A stretch of 64,000 nucleotides of DNA from an uncultured Candidatus Saccharibacteria bacterium (lineage in GTDB: Bacteria > Patescibacteriota > Minisyncoccia > Phycocordibacterales > Phycocordibacteraceae), in the NCBI GenBank assembly GCA_964469405.1, contig CAYXYP010000002.1, positions 9,338 through 73,337 of the forward strand. The letters are read 5' to 3'. The notes beneath the pieces are model-generated. The model was not told where the DNA came from. It made no database searches and worked only from the letters and a program-made list of their open reading frames with translations. Both the position numbers and the translations under genes were made by a program. Shown one piece after another: positions 57,974-64,000 of the stretch (position 1 is the first letter of the stretch; each line of letters opens with the position of its first letter).

Positions 57974-58445
57974 AGTACTTGCAATTGACCCAGGCTACGA
58001 CCGTCTCGGGATCGCGATTATTGAAGGGGATCCATCGCGACCGACACTCATCATGAGTGACTGTGTGTTGCCCGACAAAGGAGCCCGCGAGAAGCGTCTT
58101 GCACATGTATCGAGCGCTGTTACCAATGCCATTAAGGAGTACTCCCCTACCGCACTTGCTATCGAGACGCTCTTTTTTAGCGCTAACAAAAAAACTGCCA
58201 TTGGGGTCGCCGAAGCACGCGGTGCGATACTCGCCGCCGCCGGCCTTGCTTCGCTCCCAGTGATAGAGTGTTCTCCTCAGCAAGTTAAACTTGCTGTCAC
58301 TGGGTATGGCGGTTCAAATAAGGCATCTGTTGCGACCATGATTCCTCGACTACTTGTCCTCCCCCAAAAAAAGCGCCTCGATGACGAAATGGACGCAATT
58401 GCTATCGGTATCGCAGCACTCGCAGCTGGTCTTCCCAGAGTTTAA
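57966..58445 (+). CDS. ruvC: Holliday junction resolvase RuvC
   Basis: IDPG, IE..FF, VK.AVTGYG...K, DD..DAIA. Confidence 0.95.
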   Translation: MSRVLAIDPGYDRLGIAIIEGDPSRPTLIMSDCVLPDKGAREKRLAHVSSAVTNAIKEYSPTALAIETLFFSANKKTAIGVAEARGAILAAAGLASLPVIECSPQQVKLAVTGYGGSNKASVATMIPRLLVLPQKKRLDDEMDAIAIGIAALAAGLPRV

Positions 58446-58503
58446 TCCCCATATCCTGGCAAACCTACTTGCAGGAATATATATTTTTGTTACATATATC
58501 CGT

Positions 58504-58587
58504 ATGATTGATGATGAAATTAACGACGAGAGCCTCATCTTAGAGGAAGTGCTCGAGGAAGAGGATCTCGCGGAAGAAGAGGATTAA
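58504..58587 (+). CDS. Possible 27-aa hyperacidic peptide
   Basis: MIDDEINDESLILEEVLEEEDLAEEED. Confidence 0.35.
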   Translation: MIDDEINDESLILEEVLEEEDLAEEED

Positions 58588-58684
58588 TAAATGTAGCTTG
58601 CGTTTGGTACGTAAGCACTCGTTCACCAAAATACGTGGGGACACGATTTGTGATTCACCCACTTGGTAGTAGCATGTATAAGAT

Positions 58685-60844
58685 ATGACTTCCAAGCGGC
58701 GCTTTCCATGGCGGCACTCTCTTCTTGCGTCTATTCTGGCACTTTTGGGTCTCGGGTTCTTTATAGGAGGCGGGGTTCTTCTTGCTGTTGTTGCAACCCC
58801 AGCGCCCGATATTGATTCCTTTTCCTCACGGCAGATTGACCAGTCAACAAAAATATATGATCGTACTGGGCAAATACTTCTCTACGACTACAACCGGGAC
58901 GCCAAACGCAATGTCGTCCCCCTCACCGCAATATCGCCCAACACAATAAACGCAACAATAGCGATTGAAGATTCAAGTTTTTATGCACATGGGGGCATCC
59001 GCCTTACTTCAATAATTCGAGCCACATTCGTCAACGCTGTCGGTGGTGCGATCTCGCAGGGTGGCTCAACCATCACGCAACAAGTTATTAAAAACGAGCT
59101 CCTCACAAACAGAAAAAGTGTTACTCGAAAAATTAAAGAGTGGGTACTTGCGATAAAGCTGGAACAAGTCTACTCAAAAGATCAGATTCTCGAGACATAT
59201 CTTAATACCATTCCCTATGGCGGTACCCTCTATGGTATTGAAGCCGCTTCTGAGGCTTACTTTGGGAAACCCGCAAAGGACCTCTCGCTAGCACAAGCGG
59301 CATACCTTGCGGCTATGATTCAGGCGCCTTCCTATTATTCGCCGTATGGCGCCCATCAAACTGAACTTACAGCCCGTAAAAATCTTGTCCTTGATCGAAT
59401 GTTTGAACTTGGTTTTATAAATAGCTCTGCGCACACATCTGCACAAGCTGAAAAAATTTCTTTCTCCCCTGCGGGCCAGAATGCGGTCATAGCGCCTCAT
59501 TTTGTTTTTTATATCCTCAACCAACTCGAAGAGACTTATGGTTCCAGAGCTCTTACGGCGGGACTAAAAGTCACCACGACACTGGACGCTGAACTTGAGG
59601 TAGAAGCTGAGTCCATCGTTAATCAGTATGCACTCGAGAATGTGAAGAAATTTAAAGCAACAAACGCATCTCTTGTTGCTATAGACCCCCCGACAGGACA
59701 AATTCTTGCTATGGTTGGTTCCCGAAATTTTTTTGATAAAGAAATTGATGGACAATATAACGCCACACTTGCTTCTCGCCAGCCTGGCTCAACAATGAAG
59801 CCTTTTATTTACTCACTTGCCCTTAAGGCTGGCTACACGCGCGACACTATTGTCTTTGATGTTCCGACTCAATTCTCAACGGTATGCAAACCATCGGAAA
59901 CAACAAATAACACCGCACCTTGTTACGCTCCTGTTAACTTTGACGGGGCTTTCCGTGGCCCTATGACCTTTGAAACAGCCCTTGCCCAATCAATCAACAT
60001 CCCAGCTATTAAAACCCTTTATCTTGTTGGGATACAGAACGCGGTAAATCTCGCCAAATCATTTGGCCTTACTACTCTTGGCGACCCAAATCAATATGGC
60101 CTTACGCTTGTGCTTGGTGGAGGTGAAGTACGCCTTCTTGATCTTACTGGCGCATATGCCGCTTTTGCGAATGAGGGAACATTAAATACCCCGACAGGAA
60201 TACTCGAGGTTGATGATGCTGCAGGAAACGTACTCCAACAATTTTCTGCACAATCCTCAATAGTACTCCCAACACTTATTGCACGAGATGTTTCTGCAAT
60301 GCTCTCTGACGCCCGTGCCCGCCTCCCGGAGTATCCACTCAACTCCCCTCTCTCTTTCTCGGGATATGATGTGGCAGTGAAGACAGGAACAACAAATGAT
60401 ACTAAAGATGCATGGATCGTCGGCTATACCCCCTCTATCGCGATTGGTGTATGGACAGGAAACAACGATAACTCCCCTATGGTTAAGTCTGTTGCTGGTT
60501 TTATTGCGGCACCAATGTGGCATGAAGTAATGGCATATGCTCTCTCAAAATACCCAAAAACTTATTTTGGTGAACCGAGCGCTATACTTTCTTCTGTTCC
60601 CCCTATGTTGCAGGGGAACTGGAGTGTCCGTGACATGCAGGGAAATATATTTCCTCATAGTTTATTGTATTGGACTGATAAACATAACCCTCAAGGCCCA
60701 CCTCCTCTTAATCCTTCAGAAGATCCTCAATTCGAATACTGGGAATATGGGGTTTCCGCATGGTATACCGCTCACCCTGATCTTTTTTTAGGTGGAGTGA
60801 TGACTCCTGTACCTCTATCAAATAACGCAACTACAACTTTTTAA
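58685..60844 (+). CDS. Class A penicillin-binding protein
   Basis: AIED..F..H.G, GGSTITQQ, RK..E; S.MK, SIN and KTGT transpeptidase motifs. Confidence 0.95.
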   Translation: MTSKRRFPWRHSLLASILALLGLGFFIGGGVLLAVVATPAPDIDSFSSRQIDQSTKIYDRTGQILLYDYNRDAKRNVVPLTAISPNTINATIAIEDSSFYAHGGIRLTSIIRATFVNAVGGAISQGGSTITQQVIKNELLTNRKSVTRKIKEWVLAIKLEQVYSKDQILETYLNTIPYGGTLYGIEAASEAYFGKPAKDLSLAQAAYLAAMIQAPSYYSPYGAHQTELTARKNLVLDRMFELGFINSSAHTSAQAEKISFSPAGQNAVIAPHFVFYILNQLEETYGSRALTAGLKVTTTLDAELEVEAESIVNQYALENVKKFKATNASLVAIDPPTGQILAMVGSRNFFDKEIDGQYNATLASRQPGSTMKPFIYSLALKAGYTRDTIVFDVPTQFSTVCKPSETTNNTAPCYAPVNFDGAFRGPMTFETALAQSINIPAIKTLYLVGIQNAVNLAKSFGLTTLGDPNQYGLTLVLGGGEVRLLDLTGAYAAFANEGTLNTPTGILEVDDAAGNVLQQFSAQSSIVLPTLIARDVSAMLSDARARLPEYPLNSPLSFSGYDVAVKTGTTNDTKDAWIVGYTPSIAIGVWTGNNDNSPMVKSVAGFIAAPMWHEVMAYALSKYPKTYFGEPSAILSSVPPMLQGNWSVRDMQGNIFPHSLLYWTDKHNPQGPPPLNPSEDPQFEYWEYGVSAWYTAHPDLFLGGVMTPVPLSNNATTTF

Positions 60845-60871
60845 TAAGAAGGATGTGAATTTAAATTACTA

Positions 60872-61972
60872 TTATTGATTCATTGGAGAAACGAGATACA
60901 GGAGTGAGGTATCATTCATTCCTTTTATAATAAGTGGGCGCCCAACTCCAGCCGCAAGAAGTGAGACACTTTCTGATGTGGTGAGAGATAACACTGCTGA
61001 AAGATATCGATGATTAAAAGACAATTCAAGAGCACTTCCTGATATGTTGGCTGGGATTGTCTCTAATGATTCTCCAATATCTGCATTTCGCGCAAAGAAA
61101 GAAAATACATTCTTTTTAGGATCAAAACTAATACGTACTTTCTGAAATAAATCAGAAAAAATAGTTGTTCTCTTGAGTGCATTTTCGAAATCTTTTCGCA
61201 ATATAATTGCTTCAACAATTGATTCTTTTGGTATAATTTGCCTATAATCTGGGTACACAGCATTTGTTAGGCGTGATACCAACATACCCTTATCACTTAC
61301 AAAGGCACATTGATGCTCATCAAATGACATAATAATATCATTATCTGGTAACGCTTGTGCTATATCAAGAGCATTTTTTGCTGGAATAAGAAACTTTCCT
61401 TGAAGTCCTTTATTAATTAAAGGTACTTTTTTCTCAGCAAGTCTGAATGAATCAGTAGCAACAGCGGTTAATATCCCCCCTTCAATAGATATATAAATAC
61501 TGGATAATTCAGGACGGACCGTAGATGTTGATGCGCATGATGCAATAGAGGTAAAAAGTGAACGTAAAAGTATTCCAGGAATTACTATTCTATTTTTTGG
61601 ATTTTCTGGAAATGGAATCGACGGGAAATCATCATAAGGAATGGTTTTTATAGAGCTTTTACTTGTACCACTTGTAATTGAAATAACCTCCCCAATATGC
61701 TCGATTATTATCTTCCCTTCTTGAGTGAATAAGCTTGCTATTTGCTGAAGTATTATCGCAGGAATTGCGACAACGCCTTTTGTAGTGCATTCACCTTCAA
61801 GTTTTAAATCTATACCTGTCTCAAGATTTGTTGCACGCATTTTTATACCCTCATCTCCCGCAATAATAAGTATTGAAGACAGTGCAGGAAGTGTTGCGCT
61901 TTTCTTTTGAGCAAACCGAGACACGATATGCACAGCCTCAGAGAATTTATTTTTTTCTATTAAAATATTCAT
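60872..61972 (-). CDS. dnaN: DNA polymerase III beta clamp
   Basis: ATNLE, VATDSFRL, YPDY..IIP, FN.RYL, PM. Confidence 0.96.
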   Translation of the reverse strand: MNILIEKNKFSEAVHIVSRFAQKKSATLPALSSILIIAGDEGIKMRATNLETGIDLKLEGECTTKGVVAIPAIILQQIASLFTQEGKIIIEHIGEVISITSGTSKSSIKTIPYDDFPSIPFPENPKNRIVIPGILLRSLFTSIASCASTSTVRPELSSIYISIEGGILTAVATDSFRLAEKKVPLINKGLQGKFLIPAKNALDIAQALPDNDIIMSFDEHQCAFVSDKGMLVSRLTNAVYPDYRQIIPKESIVEAIILRKDFENALKRTTIFSDLFQKVRISFDPKKNVFSFFARNADIGESLETIPANISGSALELSFNHRYLSAVLSLTTSESVSLLAAGVGRPLIIKGMNDTSLLYLVSPMNQ

Positions 61973-62072
61973 ACAATTCTTATTAAGGGTGTTGATAAGT
62001 GGATAACATAAAAATATAAGGAGATTGTTGGATATTTACACACGACTGTTTTATATAATATGTTGATAAGGT
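61973..62072. other. Probable oriC segment
   Basis: AT-rich dnaA-dnaN spacer with near-consensus DnaA boxes at 61990-61998, 61998-62006 and 62061-62069; another at 63501-63509. Confidence 0.6.
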
Positions 62073-63428
62073 TCATACAAGAAGGGTTCTAATATTTTGA
62101 ATTTCTTGTGCGAGTTCACTGTCCACAACTATTTCACGCTTTATCTTCTCACAGGAGTGGATAACGGTCGTATGATCACGACCACCAAGTTTTGTACCTA
62201 TGGTTGGGTACGATATTCTAAAATCCTCACGAAGGATATACATTATAATTTGCCGCGGACGAACAACTTCCCTACGTCTAGTTTTCTCATAGATACTCTC
62301 TTCATCGATACCATAAAATTCAGCTACTTTATCAACTACATTTTTTACCGATATATTTTTCTGTGGACGAGTAAAAGAACGTAGAGACTGCCGCACTTCC
62401 GCGATGTCGGGGGCAAAACCCTTTACTTGAGCATGGCAGATTATACTATTTACCATACCTTCTAACTCACGTATTGAGCCATTCATAGATGTTGCTACAT
62501 AATCAACAACCTCATCAGATAGTAGTACACCATGTGAGGCAGCTTTTTTTCTTACAATAGCCATACGGGATTCTGGGTCGGGTTCGCCAATATCTACAGC
62601 CATACCACTCGCTAAACGGCCCTTAAGACGTTCAGCGATGTCTGGAATAGCCGCAGGAGGTCGATCAGAAGAAAAAATAATCTGTTTATTTGTGTCGTAA
62701 AGAGCATTAAAAAGATGGAAAAGCTCCTCCTGAGTCTTTTCTTTTTTAGAGAGAAATTGAACATCATCCATAATAAGAAGGTCATATTGACGATATTTAT
62801 CTTTGAAACGATTTGCAGTACCAGCTTGCACGGAGTCGGTATAGTCGACTGCGAATTTTTCTGACGTTAAATAGAAAACTTTCCGTCCTTGGTACTGTTT
62901 TTTATAATGGTTACCAATAGCTTGAATAAGGTGCGTTTTGCCGCGGCCGGTGTCACCGTAAATAAAGAGAGGGTTATAGGTAATACCAGGGCGTTCGAGT
63001 GCCGCCTGGGCTGCAACATAGGCTAAATTGTTAAAAGAACCGATAACAAACGTATCAAACGTATAGCGGGGATTCAAATTGTCACTTTTGTTGATGTAAA
63101 AATCATCAAGAGGAAGTTCGAGTGCACTACTACGTACGGTTTTGGTCTCCTTGGATAATCTACGATTCTCATCCTTCACAATAAGATACTCAATATTGCG
63201 AAATTCATATGAAACGTCGCGAACAATCTTCAATAGTAAGGTATTAAATTTCTTAAGGTACCAATCCTTAAAGAATTGACTCGGGACACCAATATATACA
63301 ACGCCGTCCTCCCCTATTTTTACGATAAAACTATTACGGAACCATGTGTTGAAATTTGCGGGCGATATAGAAAGTTCAATATGGGTGAGTATGTACTCCC
63401 AAAGTTCTCGAGGATCTCCTTTATTCAT
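62073..63428 (-). CDS. dnaA: Replication initiator DnaA
   Basis: LNPRYTFD.F, YNPLFIYG..G.GKTHL, DDVQF, GGRDHTTV. Confidence 0.98.
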   Translation of the reverse strand: MNKGDPRELWEYILTHIELSISPANFNTWFRNSFIVKIGEDGVVYIGVPSQFFKDWYLKKFNTLLLKIVRDVSYEFRNIEYLIVKDENRRLSKETKTVRSSALELPLDDFYINKSDNLNPRYTFDTFVIGSFNNLAYVAAQAALERPGITYNPLFIYGDTGRGKTHLIQAIGNHYKKQYQGRKVFYLTSEKFAVDYTDSVQAGTANRFKDKYRQYDLLIMDDVQFLSKKEKTQEELFHLFNALYDTNKQIIFSSDRPPAAIPDIAERLKGRLASGMAVDIGEPDPESRMAIVRKKAASHGVLLSDEVVDYVATSMNGSIRELEGMVNSIICHAQVKGFAPDIAEVRQSLRSFTRPQKNISVKNVVDKVAEFYGIDEESIYEKTRRREVVRPRQIIMYILREDFRISYPTIGTKLGGRDHTTVIHSCEKIKREIVVDSELAQEIQNIRTLLV

Positions 63429-63527
63429 AGTGTTCTGAAAGTATACGCTTTTTATTCATTCAAGATATGTTGGCGTTTCGGGGAGAACCTGTTAGTATCG
63501 TGTGCATAACCTAATTTTCCGTTCACT

Positions 63528-63665
63528 ATGTCCAAACGAACCTATCAACCGAAAAAACGTAAGCGCGCTACGACGCACGGGTTTCTTGCGCGGACAAAAA
63601 CGAGTTCTGGGCGTAAGATAGTGAAAAAACGCCGTCGTATCGGTCGCGCACGACTCGCAGTCTAA
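63528..63665 (+). CDS. rpmH: 50S ribosomal protein L34
   Basis: Hand translation [22 protein letters not shown]...GRARLAV. Confidence 0.95.
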   Translation: MSKRTYQPKKRKRATTHGFLARTKTSSGRKIVKKRRRIGRARLAV

Positions 63666-63671
63666 TTATTT

Positions 63672-63983
63672 GTGTTCTCACGTCGAGAACGTCTTTCTCG
63701 TGCGGCATTCCCTACGGCCCTCTCTACTGGTCGGCGGTTCTCATCGACAAACTTCAGTGTCGTTTTACCAAAAGAATCACGAGGATATGCGGTTGTAGTG
63801 TCAAAAAAAGTCGCTCGCCTCTCGGTCACGAGGCATTTAATTAAGCGGCGAGTGCTTGAGGCCCTTCGAACGCTCCCTCTTCCCTCCTCCATTATTGTTT
63901 TCCCAAAAACAGCGGCTAGCCGGATGTCCTACCAGGACGTCAAAGTGGAGCTCGCAACCCTTCTTTCTAAAATTAGCCGATAG
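63672..63983 (+). CDS. rnpA: RNase P protein component
   Basis: VVVSKKV...V.R..IKRR; follows rpmH. Confidence 0.88.
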   Translation: MFSRRERLSRAAFPTALSTGRRFSSTNFSVVLPKESRGYAVVVSKKVARLSVTRHLIKRRVLEALRTLPLPSSIIVFPKTAASRMSYQDVKVELATLLSKISR

Positions 63984-64000
63984 AGTAGAATAAATGCATG

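Noticed and set aside
1-64000. Alternative genetic code (UGA=Gly)
   Set aside because: TGA terminates conserved genes at expected lengths (ruvB, dnaA, metG, recO), consistent with code 11.

Overview
Chromosomal window from a small-genome bacterium that looks like Patescibacteria/CPR (Parcubacteria-type; inferred from gene content and compaction). It ends at the origin region (dnaN-dnaA-rpmH-rnpA). It is mostly housekeeping: ftsK, recA, efp, rpsF-ssb-rpsR, metG, glyQS, recO, ileS, argS, rplK-nusG-secE, rplS, uppS, pilMNO, pilB, ruvA/B/C, polA, a class A PBP and 9 tRNAs. Main unusual features: (1) Three tandem integrase-less mini-elements at the 3' end of tRNA-Leu(GAG) (33604-36464). Each has a paralogous 73-aa ORF, a start-less conserved 44-codon frame on the opposite strand, variable cargo, and a fixed-length right end with an inverted tRNA T-arm mimic. 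(2) Related small structured inserts behind three other tRNAs. (3) A thymidylate-cycle cluster (glyA-dut-thyA-folA) enclosing a HIT hydrolase, an RfaE-like nucleotidyltransferase and a dCMP deaminase with an extra N-terminal domain. (4) A frameshifted PduO and a fatty-acid desaturase. (5) Two candidate structured RNAs. (6) Widespread leaderless-type gene starts in core genes. All calls come from reading the sequence; no searches were run.
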